A stretch of 37,439 bases of DNA from contig NW_008246079.1 in the NCBI RefSeq assembly GCF_000281045.1, positions 419,225 to 456,663 on the forward strand, given 5' to 3'. The notes beneath the pieces were generated by a model. It was not told the origin of the DNA, ran no database searches, and saw only the letters and a program-made list of their open reading frames with translations. Positions 22,886-33,613 of the stretch are shown piece after piece. The position numbers were made by a program, and so were the translations under genes. The number at the start of each line of letters is the position of its first letter. The stretch's first letter is position 1. The stretch is from Saprolegnia diclina VS20. Its lineage: Eukaryota.

Positions 22886-23273
22886 GCTCGAATCGTAGTT
22901 TTGTGACCACCATACACAGACCCCAAATTTAACACCGTGTTTTAACGCGTGTTACACGGCGTTGTAGTGTATTATAACACACCATTTTCCCGGTTTAACG
23001 CCGCAGGCGTGGAACATAACATCCACTGCATGGTTTGTTAAGTACGCTTTCGAGCTCAAAAGATCGCGCGCACCCAAAAACACGCAACTTGAGAGCTTTA
23101 ACGACGCATGACAAGACTCGAATAGGTGCATAGTTGCGTGTTATTAGACACATTAGTTGTTCAGGTACCTCTAAAGTACGCTACCTTTGCGACTTGAAAA
23201 CTTGCAGGAGAAAGCGCACTTTAAAGGGTCGTCGAGCAACTCCCACAACATCCCGTATCTTGAAGCACACAGC

Positions 23274-24636
23274 ATGGGGCAGACGGAATCGACGCTGGCT
23301 GCGCCGACGCGGGCAGCGACCAAGGCGGAACCGGCGGCTGACATGGGCGCGCCCATCGAGGACATGTCCTTGTCGAGCGCGATCTTGTTTGCGCGCAAGT
23401 TCACGCAGCGCCACCCGCTCTTTGCGTGGCGCCCGGACGAGCACGTCCTGCGCCGTATCGGGTCGCGGGCGCTCAAGCACTCGTTCCTGGTCGACTTTAC
23501 CGACCTCTCGGGCGCGGCCAACGCATGTGTGCTTCTCTCGCTCGTGCCCACGCAGGCGAGTCTCTTGTGCCACCAGTCGGCTGGGCTCACAACGTACAAG
23601 CTCAAGTCGCTCCTCGTGGCGCTCAAGCACCCATACCTGCTGCCGACACTCGACGTGCATTACGCCAACGAGAAAGGGTCGTCCACCGAGGTCATGCAGC
23701 GGCCGGGCATTCTGGTCGCCCAGCCTTTTGTGTCGACGGGTAGCCTCAAGGACCTCGTGTTCCAGCGGGCCGACCCGCGCAGAGCGTACGAAGAAAAGTA
23801 CGCCCCACGACACACGGGCGCCGGGCTTGCACGGCCGCAAGTCGCGCGCTACGGACGACAGATTCTGCTTGGCCTCGACGCGCTGCGGCAAAAGGGCATT
23901 ATCTGCGAGCATCTGAAGCTTTCCAACATCATCCTCGACAACAACGTCGCCCGGTACATGCTACCTACGGACGCTACGAACTCATGTCGAGTGCACTAGC
24001 ATTGCAGACATCTACAACACGGTGCTCGGCCTCGAGCGCGACGCGACTTGGCGGGCGTGGACGGTGCCGCTCGAAGGCGACGTCGATGTCGATCTGCTCC
24101 TCTTCGGCCACTGCCTCTACGAGATGGCGTGCGGCCAAGCGCTCGCAGCGACCGCGCCGACCGTAGACGATTTACTCGAGCTCCCGATCGAGATTGCCGA
24201 CGTGCTCCGCGTCATCTTCCACGGCGAAGGCCCCGACGTGACGGTACACGCCTTGCTGAGCTTGCCTCTGTTCGCTTCGAGTAGTCTGAACGATACGCCG
24301 TTGCCGCCGGTAACCTCCGCGTGCAGCAACACGCAATGACCGTGGACCATGTAGCTGCGCTTGGACAGCCATATGAAGGCCCTTCTCAAAGCTAGCATGC
24401 GCATCAACCAGGCACGGCGCCACGCCTACCGCGTCCAGTACGAAGACGCAATGGCGCTCGAGGAGGCGCGCCGGTCAGCCGAAGCCAGCCACGACGAGAA
24501 GCGCAAGGGGCATCAGTTGCGCTCACGGGCTCTGAGCAAGTCCATGCGTCGATCGCAGTACCGTGCGAGCAGCGCGTCCCTCAAATACGCTCGCACGAGC
24601 TTGGACGACGACAACGACGATGCTGTGGCGCCCTGA
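23274..24636 (+). CDS. Slob/PXK-family pseudokinase without a PX domain (3 exons)
   Basis: IGSRALKHSFL, LKHPYL, GSLKDL, YGRQILLGL, HLKLSNII, IADIYN and FGHCLYEMACG match Slob/PXK and lack the canonical HRD/DFG motifs. Starts MGQTES. Confidence 0.85.
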
Positions 24637-24918
24637 CTACACTATCGAGCACTAGTATGTATCCAGTCGTCGACTAAAAATCCGACTGTGTCTCTGTGCG
24701 CTGCGTGTGCCACGTCACATTGTGGCTGGTGCGAGAGATACGAGGTCGAGTACGTCGCACACACATGAAGAGCCTCTTCCATCTACCTCGGCCGCAGCGC
24801 TGTAGTTAGTCACTCTCAGCTAAGGTGGACTTGCAGTGGAAACCGGATACGATACATGTATCCGGATGCTTGCATGCACACAGGTTTCGGGGCTTCGGCA
24901 GCGGTCGGCAAGCGTAGG

Positions 24919-25782
24919 ATGGACTACTACCGCGTGATGAACCTGACGCGGTACGCTGCTGAAGGAGACGTATGGCCGATTCCTCATGGCATGACGCAGC
25001 AATGCGACGCAGAAGGACATCAAGCGAGCGTACCTCAAGCTCGGTACGCACCCTTGTGCTACCTGGCGCTTCATTTGGTCTCATGGGGTGGCGTAGCCCG
25101 GCAGCTGCATCCTGACGTCAATGGCAACGACCTCGTGTGCAGCGTCGCCTTATGCTGCATTGGCGTGATCGAATGTGAATGCGTAGGAGAAGGCGGCGCT
25201 CTTCAAGAAGGTGAGCGAGGCCAACTCGGTGCTCTCGGACCCGGCCAAGCGCGCAGGTGCGTAGCGACGCCAACGACAATGGAATGTGTAGCATTCGTTG
25301 ATGCTAGAATACGACAACCGCTTCTCGTACCGTGACCGCGGCGAGACGCACTACTCGCCGAAAGGCCAGACCAGCGCGCGGGCGTCTGCACCGTACGACG
25401 CTGCAACTTGCATCGACGACGCTAATCGGCGGTCTTAGACGCGGCAGCCATTACGGTATCAACGAAGACGTGTGGTATGCACACCACTATGGTGCCCACG
25501 CGCAGCGCACGAGCCGCTGGACGGGCAAGATCCACATGAACTACGGGTCGCACATTCCCGAAGAGATGTTTGAGCGCGAAATGGAGAGCATTCGACGGTC
25601 GATCCTAGCACATGGATGATGATGACCTCATGTGCTGAACTAGACGCGAAGCCACGAGCAAGATTCAGAACGGCTACATGCTGCGGCGAGAACTGCGGCT
25701 CAAGAAGCAAGCCGAGGAAGAAGCCGCCAAGCGAGCAAAGGCGCCGTCACAGACCGAGACCGACGGTTGTGTCATTTCGTAG
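24919..25782 (+). CDS. DnaJ (J-domain) protein with C-terminal CaaX (multi-exon; start may extend upstream)
   Basis: The spliced J-domain reads MDYYRVMNL..NATQKDIKRAYLKL..ARQLHPDVN..FKKVSEANSVLSDPAKR..YD. The last exon (from 25644, phase 2) ends TETDGCVIS-stop. Confidence 0.8.
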
Positions 25783-26478
25783 CCAAAAGAATCGAGTCGT
25801 TGAACAATAGCGCGCTCGGGCTAGGGTCCATAGCCTAGCGTCCGGACGTTCTTGATGCTTGCGTGTGCGACCAAGAAGTCACGGAGCGTCCTTTGTCTTG
25901 GAGATTGCATCGACCGCATTCAGCACTTTGACCCCGCCATGGCATGCAGCTCGATACTATCGCATGGAGCATGGAGCGTTGCTGCTGACACCTCGCCAAT
26001 TCCCCAGTGCAAGCAATGTGCCCAGGAGGTGCGAGGCTCAAGCCTCGGAGGTGTTGCTCCTTTCTTTTCTTTCCTATCGGCGTTGACCTCTACACCACGG
26101 AGTTCGTTCTTGGCCCACGCTTCACACTCTGCGAACCTGCCGGAGCGCGATCCAGAGCCGTGCAAAGCTATCGTTCAAAGCCTCAAGACTCTCGGCGGGA
26201 TTGGTGACGCGTCGACGTCGACATGGTGTGAGTAGAGCCCATTTCGATGGCTAGTCGTCGAGCGTTGACCAACGAGATGCAGCGTGGTCCTACTGTCGCT
26301 TGCACTGCTTGAACATGTCGGTCGCTCCTCCACTGTCGTAAGAAGCGCTCTTCACTGCGAAGGCGTCTCTTCTGCGTTGACATTGCATAACTTTTGGAGG
26401 ACAATTCTGTCTGCCATTGCATGGACACTATCTTATGGATGACATAAACGTAGATGTATGACTAGTCCGTGCATGCGG

Positions 26479-27192
26479 TTAGGGGTCGATCGGGCCCATG
26501 AGAACCGGGGCCCAGATCTGCTGCTGCTCGACGCGCCACGTGCACTTGTCCAAGACCACTGCGTACGGGTTGTTGTACGACGACGTGATGCCGTTGACCG
26601 TGAGGCAGTACTCGGGCGAGTGGCGTGGGCGCAGAAACACGACCTTGAACATCTTGGTGTCGTCGTACTCGACGAGCCACATTTGGTTGATGTTGGCGCG
26701 GTTGCACTCCCAGCCGTGCACGCGCAGCGTCGGCCCGTCCCACCACGCGTCGAGGCAGAGGAAGTTCTTGGGGTCCGGGTGCACGATCCACTCGCGGCGC
26801 GGAATGTTGTCGGGGTACGGCGGCCACCCGTCGCGCAGCCGCCAGTGGTGCGCCCCCCACCCAAACATGTATGGCGTCGTTGTGACCGTCTTGTCGGTCA
26901 TTGAGAGCGCGTAGTTGAACTTGCTGTTGCCGCCGACGTTGGCGAAGCTCGGGCCGTTGACAAAAAAGTTGTATTCGTAGAAGACCGGACGGTCCTCGAG
27001 GTTGCTAATGTGCTTGAGCGCCGGCGACGTGGTCAGATACTGCGTATCGTTGTAGTCTGCGCGGAAGCGCGCGGCGAGTTGCTCGTAGAGCGGGTCGTAG
27101 GGAGCCGTGCGGTTGGCATTGGTCGTGTCGTTGAGAGGTGCCGCGGCGGCCGCGGCCACGAGCGAGAGGAGCGAGAGCAGCGTCTTGCGCAT
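26479..27192 (-). CDS. Secreted ricin-B (beta-trefoil) lectin-like protein
   Basis: Signal peptide MRKTLLSLLSLVAAAAAA. QxW-type repeats LCLDAW...WECNRANINQMW and YCLTV...LDKC...QQQIW. Alternative ATG at 27216. Confidence 0.8.
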   Translation of the reverse strand: MRKTLLSLLSLVAAAAAAPLNDTTNANRTAPYDPLYEQLAARFRADYNDTQYLTTSPALKHISNLEDRPVFYEYNFFVNGPSFANVGGNSKFNYALSMTDKTVTTTPYMFGWGAHHWRLRDGWPPYPDNIPRREWIVHPDPKNFLCLDAWWDGPTLRVHGWECNRANINQMWLVEYDDTKMFKVVFLRPRHSPEYCLTVNGITSSYNNPYAVVLDKCTWRVEQQQIWAPVLMGPIDP

Positions 27193-28175
27193 CGCTGCGA
27201 ATTGCAAAGTGGTCATGGCGTGCGTCGTGCGCCGAGGAAGAAAAAAGGGACGTGGGTGCCAGCTGCGACGCAGTGCACCTCTCCACGGCATTGCGGTCCG
27301 GTAGCGAGAGGCTTTGCCACCACAACCATTGTAGATGCACCTCAGTGGTGGCAGAACGGTGGTGATGGCGTCGCCCCGAGCGCGAGCAGCATAGCAGGCG
27401 ACAGCCAAGCATGCGCCAACTCGCCTCGGCGCACGGTCGTATGTCCATTGTACTACGGTACCCTGGTCATGATGCAGTGGGCTGATGCAGCTGCTGGTGC
27501 AGTGGGAAGATCGGCGCTGTCGCCACGTGGTATTATTTGGCGGTCACGGAACCGCAACTGTTAAGCAGCAAAGCCGTCGGTTCTATCATGTCGAGTGACC
27601 GAGATGGAGCCCGAGGAAGCCATACCGAGAGGCCAGCTCGTCGCGTCTTTTCAGCAGCTACGATGTACAAGTACCGTACTGCCTACGATGCCCACAGCTG
27701 CGCCAGCGTTGCTTGGGATTTGAAATGATCCAGCAACCGTGAACGCGCACCTGATGGATGGCGGCCGTGCATCGAGGCGTGCAGTTACTGTATCACCGCG
27801 TACCGTATTCGTTATCACAGCACATCGTTCGTGGTGCTTGCTCTTCGTCAATGATGCAGCCGCGTCTCGATGCTGCCGACTGTGGGGTATGCGATATATT
27901 CTACTCAGCCTGCCAGAGCTCCTGCCAGCCGCTTTGTATCGATCGCGAGGAAGAGTATCAAGCACTGCTTGATGGATTCGATGGTGCTGATGGCTGCGGT
28001 GAACGCTCGACGAGAGGTCTCACTCACAAGACGAATACTAGGCAGTCGTAACCGGCTACATGACAGCTTGTACATGGGTATGTGTCTGTCGAATGATGGA
28101 CGACCTTTGCGGTGGCAGAAGGCTACTTGGACGGGGTAGGGTCAGCTAATGTATTTTAACCAATCACCAAACAGC

Positions 28176-28856
28176 ATGCGCTTACCTCGGGTCGTCGGGC
28201 GCAAGGAGCTGCATGCGACCAAGTGGCTGCGCCTCCTCGAGGTGACGTACAAGGACCTCGCAGGCGTCGAGCGGGCGTACTCGGCCGTCGAGCGGACAAC
28301 GCGCCCGCCCTGCGCCGACGCCGACGCCGTCGTGGTCCTCCCGCTGCTCGCCGCGCCGACCGGGCCTGTCGCCGTGCTCGTGCGGCAGTTCCGCCCGCCC
28401 CTGGGTACGGTCGCCCAACGCCGCATGGATCGATGGATAGCGACTATACATATGTAGACAAGTGGATCATTGAGCTGCCGGCGGGACTCATTGACGCCGG
28501 CGAGTCGGTCGCGACGACGGTCGAGCGCGAGATCAAGGAAGAGACAGGCTACAACGTCTCAGAGATCGTCTCGATCGGCCCCGTCATTGCCTCCGATCCA
28601 GGTACAATCCGGCACGAGGCGCCACGCCTCATGCAGCGTAGGCTTGACGAGCAGCAACTGCCGCTTCGTCGTGGCGCGCGTCACGTCGGACGGGCCGCCG
28701 TCGCAAGCGCTTGAACCGACCGAGATGATTCAAGTGCTGCAGGCGCCACTCGCGACGCTTCTCGAGACGCTCCACGACCGCGAGGCAACATACGGCGACG
28801 CGATCGACTCTCGGCTCTACAGCTTTGCCCTTGGCCAGCAGCTTCGCCTCTTCTAA
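28176..28856 (+). CDS. Nudix hydrolase, ADP-sugar pyrophosphatase (NUDT5-like; 3 exons)
   Basis: LVRQFRPPL, then the Nudix box ELPAGLIDAGESVATTVEREIKEETGY, DPG and DSRLY. Confidence 0.9.
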
Positions 28857-29034
28857 GCGTGCGTCGGGACCACTCCAAGTGTCTCTACAAGTCGACCATG
28901 TCGGCGCAATATTGTCATTTACTTCTGTGACATTCGATGCTTGCACCTTAAATTAGCAACGACTAGACTCTGCCAACGCGGTCAAGACGTAGCGCAGAGG
29001 CCATTGATACGTTGGTGACGAGCATCGCGATGGC

Positions 29035-31008
29035 TCACCCTACGCACGTGCCATCGCTCTGCTCGTACCGCGTGCTGCGTCGCAAGCGGCGCGTGGCTGG
29101 CGGGCTCAACGTATTCTTCTTGATCTCACCAAAGATCCGCGGCGATATCTGCCGAAGCGACGGTGGCAGGAGCGACGGCAAGAGCGCGTAGATGCTCACG
29201 AGCACGTACGTGGGCTCGTCGGCGCTCGTGGTGTCTTGGGCGAGGACCTTGCGTGCGTGCGGCGCCGTCAGCAGCAGCGTCCCAAAGCCCATGCGCGCCT
29301 GCATACTGGGCTTGCAAAAGAGCCGGCTCCCAATGCGAATCGCGTCGGCCTCGTCCAGCGGGAGGCCCGAGCACCAGTGCGGGAGACCGCAGGCGCGCAT
29401 GAATGCATTCTCCTTGGCCCACTCGGTGCGGAGACACCAGATCTGGCTGCGAAGATACGTGGCCAGCACCGCGTAGACGACGCTGGCGACGGCGCAACCG
29501 CCGACCGCCCAGACAATAAAGCCAAAGAGGTATGCCGTCGCGGTCTCGACACCGGTCGTGTCGTACGCTCCGCAGGCGCAGTCGTTGCCTCCAATGTGCA
29601 TGAGCAAGACACCTGGCACGTCATAAAAGGTGTTGCTCAGGAGCTCGTGCGACCCGTGGATGTTGAGGATAATCGCAGGAATCGAAGCGTAGATGAACAC
29701 GCTCGTGGAGACGGGAAGGATGCGATGGCGAAGAAGGCGTCGGGGACTCGGCAGGAACTGCAGAAGAACGACCAGCAAGTAGGCGCCAAACGCGAAAAAG
29801 ATACCGAGCGAGAGGATCGAGAGCAGCCAGATTCGGCCGCCATTGTCGGTGCCATAGTAGATACGCGCCACGTCAACGTACAAGAGCGACGGGGCGCCCG
29901 AGAGCACGATGAGCAGCAGCAGCAGCTTGCGTCGCTCGAGGCTCGAGAGGATGTCATACGTCAGCACAGGCTTGTGGCGGAGTAGCCCGCGAAGGCCCTT
30001 GCTTGTGATGTACAGATCGGCGGCGATCCCGCCAAACGACGCGATCGCTGTCGCCGACTGCAACCAGAGGAGCTCCGCCGCGTTCGAGACGTTGTGGCCG
30101 CAGACCCAGCCGGGTACGATGGCCTTGCCCGAAGTTTCACCGACGCTGTAGCCCACTTGGTTGCGCACCAGCTGCGAAATGTCGATGATTTGCGAGACGC
30201 AGTGCGACTCGACAAAGTACCGGGACCCGAGCGGATACGAAAAGATGATCGAGTTGAGGCCATCGGGGGACGTCTGCGTCGCGCCGTCCAGCCCGACAAG
30301 GACACGGGTCGGGTTGGTAAGCACGACGTTGGCGGTGCCGTCGCTGTTGATATACGGCACACTCTCGCTCGCTGCGACGTCGGCAAAGATGGTCGCCAAG
30401 AAGGCGCCGTCCGGGAAGATACTGTCGACAACCGCGGCTTCGACCATGACCATACCGAGCACCGACTGCTGCTGCGTTGGCTTGCACGCTGGGTACGAGC
30501 TGCGGCCGACGAGCAAGTGCAGCTCGGCGGATTGCGTCTCGTCCAAGCACCCAACGAGACACGTCGTGACAAAGTACACGTCTTGTGAAGGCACTTGGAG
30601 CGTCCGCGCCAGTTGAAGGCCGAGCGCCGACCACGCGTCGTCCGTGTTGAGCACGGCGCGCTCGTCGTCTGTGCACGAGTGGGGCACAAACCCTTGCGCA
30701 TTTACGAGACACGACTGCTCGAACGGCCGCCAGTAGTTGGCATCGGTCTGGTAGTTGAACTGGACCACGCGCCGGTCAAACATACCTTGGACGAGCAGCA
30801 CGAGCATCGTAATCAGCGACAACAAGAGGACGCTGGCCGCGACAAGGTTGGAGGCGATGCGGAGCCAGACACGCTTGGCGCCCGCGCTCTTCTTCTGCGT
30901 ACCGGACGGTGTTGCGTGGCTATGGTGGTGCCCGCCCGTGAGGAGACCCGAGAGGCCAAAGCCCGAGAAGCGGTGCGAGACGATGCTGCTGCTCGACGAC
31001 GCGACCAT
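29035..31008 (-). CDS. Uncharacterised multi-pass membrane protein (about 657 aa), family copy 1
   Basis: Intronless long ORF. TM1, then a Cys-containing domain of about 240 aa, about 5 more TM segments, and a cytosolic tail IRIGSRLFCKPSMQARMG...SDGTCVG. Colinear with the ORF at 33614. Confidence 0.85.
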   Translation of the reverse strand: MVASSSSSIVSHRFSGFGLSGLLTGGHHHSHATPSGTQKKSAGAKRVWLRIASNLVAASVLLLSLITMLVLLVQGMFDRRVVQFNYQTDANYWRPFEQSCLVNAQGFVPHSCTDDERAVLNTDDAWSALGLQLARTLQVPSQDVYFVTTCLVGCLDETQSAELHLLVGRSSYPACKPTQQQSVLGMVMVEAAVVDSIFPDGAFLATIFADVAASESVPYINSDGTANVVLTNPTRVLVGLDGATQTSPDGLNSIIFSYPLGSRYFVESHCVSQIIDISQLVRNQVGYSVGETSGKAIVPGWVCGHNVSNAAELLWLQSATAIASFGGIAADLYITSKGLRGLLRHKPVLTYDILSSLERRKLLLLLIVLSGAPSLLYVDVARIYYGTDNGGRIWLLSILSLGIFFAFGAYLLVVLLQFLPSPRRLLRHRILPVSTSVFIYASIPAIILNIHGSHELLSNTFYDVPGVLLMHIGGNDCACGAYDTTGVETATAYLFGFIVWAVGGCAVASVVYAVLATYLRSQIWCLRTEWAKENAFMRACGLPHWCSGLPLDEADAIRIGSRLFCKPSMQARMGFGTLLLTAPHARKVLAQDTTSADEPTYVLVSIYALLPSLLPPSLRQISPRIFGEIKKNTLSPPATRRLRRSTRYEQSDGTCVG

Positions 31009-31325
31009 GCTGCCGTCCTTTCTAAATGGCAATACCTCGAGCTATTTTGAGTCGCACCGTTCTTTCCAGCGTGGACGAGGTTAGGTTTAAGCGGTGAAGA
31101 CAGCTCCTCTGGCTCAATTAATAGAGCGTCAGGCTCCTAATCTAAAGGCTCATGCGATGATGGTATACGTCTTCTCAGAGCTATTTGACACCTCAAACAC
31201 GGCTAGCTCCGTGCCTAGCTCGACTTCTTAAGGCTCGCACGTCAAGAAGCTTGCACGGGAAGCATACACCGTGTCAACGTCCTCGACGACATGCGCAGTT
31301 GTTCAACAAGATAAAGGTACATCGA

Positions 31326-33192
31326 CTAAGCATCGTCGTCGGACGTGATCTCTTCGATCACCGCGTTGGCCGAGATGACCTTCATGCGGAGCGACTCGTG
31401 GCACTCGGTGTCCAGATACACGGTCGAGAGGACACGCAGGTCCATGACCACGTCGCCTACGCCACCAACATCAGCTTGGGATACGAGAATGCTGCGATAC
31501 AGTACCGATGATGGCGGGCGCCCAGAACCCAAGGGCGTCCGTGACACGTTGGTGCCCGTCTTCAATCTTCCACGCGCCGAGGAGGTGGTGCGTCGATGCG
31601 TTCTGGAGCACGACCCACATGTGGTCGCGCCGGTACACGTGGTTCTTGCTCTTCTTGTCGTAGAGCGTCCCCGCGGCCGGCGCGAGTGCACCAGCCACCA
31701 CGTGCAATCGCTCGAGCTGGAGGTGCAGCGTGACCCAGTCGCGCGGGAAGACGTCCGTCTCGTCGTCCACACGCAGCGCGACGTTGCTGAGCTTGAGCGC
31801 CGGCACCTTGACCAAAAATATAAGACATTTAATCGAGGCAAGAACATCGACAAACCTTGCCGCCTGTCGTGAGACGCTGACGCTGGGCGGCAATGGCCGC
31901 CGCATCGACCGTCAAGCTGCCTTGGGCAAGCGCGGGCAGGAGACGCAGCGCCGTCACCACGGTAGTCGCATCCGACTTCTTCTCAGCCGCCACTTTGATA
32001 GAGAATTCGACAAACACCTACCCCTCGTTGAGACATGAAACGTGCAGAGCAAGCAGCTACCTCGACCAAGTAGGGGAGCTGCAGCACAATGTCCGTGATA
32101 CGCGCGTGCACTAGCGTACAGTGAGATAGGTGCGTAGGGTGCAGGGACCGTACAGGCGCAGGGCACGGTGAGCTCAAGCTCCTTGGCCTTGCGCTCGTTT
32201 AAGAAATAGTAGAGGGCCACCATGTCACGCTTGACGTGGTCTTGGTCGATGCGCGAGATATCCCGGTGCTCGAGCGTCGAGATGACTTGGTTGGATTCGA
32301 GCAGATCCAGAAACGCGACGACCTCAGCGTCCATCTCGTACAACGATCCGCCGCCGCCACAGCAGTCCTACGCATAAGATACGATAAGACTCGGAATCGA
32401 TGAGCGTGGAGACTTGTACCCCACCAGCCTTCTCGGCGAGCGGCTGCTTGACTTCGCGGATGCAGCGGTTGAGGATCTCGAACGCCGACATCTTGTCGTG
32501 CCAGCCTGCCATGAGCCGCTCGACGTTCTCCATGTGCACTTCGGGCTTGTACTTGTCGCCGCTGAGCATTGCAATCGCGACGCCGAGAAGCGCCATGCTG
32601 CCGTAGACAAGCGCGATGATCGTCATACCGGCCTGGCCGCTCATCTGCATACAGGTACCTATGAGATGCGAGCGATGATGGGAGATGGCATCGTACCGCC
32701 TTGAAGTCGATCAAGTGAAAGGATGGGCCATCCGGGTGGCCAAACTTCTTGAAGTTCTTGATGGAGACGGGGTCCGTGAGCGCTTCGTACGCCTTGGCGA
32801 TGAGCGCAAACTTGGACGCGGCGAGCGAGTCGCCAAGTTGCTTGTCCGGGTGGCTACATCGTGGACATGAGTCCATAGCCAGTTTCCTGCGCAAGTACAT
32901 ACAATTGCTTGCTCAGCGCGCGGTACGCCTTGCGAATCGTCTTCTTGGTCGAGTACTCGCGGACGCCAAGGATCTCGTACGGATCGAACGTCGGGACGCT
33001 GCTCGCGGCAATCACGCGGTAGAGCTCGGCGATCAACACGTACGAGACGAGAAGGCAGAGCAGGTGCAGCGCAAAGTACTTGGTCCAGCAGCCGCGCGGG
33101 TCCTTGACGAGGCGCCGGAGCACGAAGAAGGTCGCGGGCACGACGTACAGCGAGACGAGCACGAGCGTGAACGTGAGCTCCTCGGGCGACAT
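31326..33192 (-). CDS. SEC63: SEC63-like ER translocon J-domain protein (multi-exon)
   Basis: N-terminal TM segments, J-domain FDPYEILGV..IRKAYRALSKQL/HPDK..IAKAYEALTDP..GHPDGP, a third TM, a C-terminal Sec63/Brl-like beta domain (STVYLDTE) and an acidic tail. It appears shorter than canonical Sec63. Confidence 0.8.
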
Positions 33193-33232
33193 TTTGAACA
33201 GTGCCAGGCGCGGGGTGGCAGACCGTTTGGCC

Positions 33233-33378
33233 ATTGGTTGAAACATCCATCGAACTTTCTTTTTTACCCAATGGCATGCGCGCATGGACGTTCGATTCGA
33301 TGCTTTTGACCAATCATGCTGCGATTGCGGTGCCAGCAGTCGCACTGTGATTGGGCGATGGGAGGCCGTGCCACGTCA
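33233..33378 (-). promoter_or_regulatory. CCAAT-box cluster plus TGACGTGGCA bZIP-type element upstream of SEC63
   Basis: CCAAT/ATTGG at 33233, 33268, 33310 and 33350. TGCCACGTCA at 33369-33378. Confidence 0.4.
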
Positions 33379-33613
33379 TGGCCCTAGGCTGGACGCACGC
33401 AACAAGCCGCGACGGCAACTTCGCACATAGGACCCAGCGATACCAACCATCCAAAGACTGTACATGCCTGTCCTCAGCCACCTCGTTCTAGTACGTAGCT
33501 CTGTCGATAATGAACCACAACTGGAACCTACCCCGGGGCACACGAGGCCGCAAGAAGGCAGTTGTAAACAGTGTCGTTTCCATCCACCGGTTTACTAGTG
33601 ATGGACAATAGTG

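Noticed and set aside
25835..26430. Short ORFs between DnaJ and the lectin gene
   Set aside because: No family signal or consistent coding bias.
27400..28140. Short ORFs upstream of the Nudix gene
   Set aside because: Unrecognisable and mutually overlapping. Treated as intergenic.
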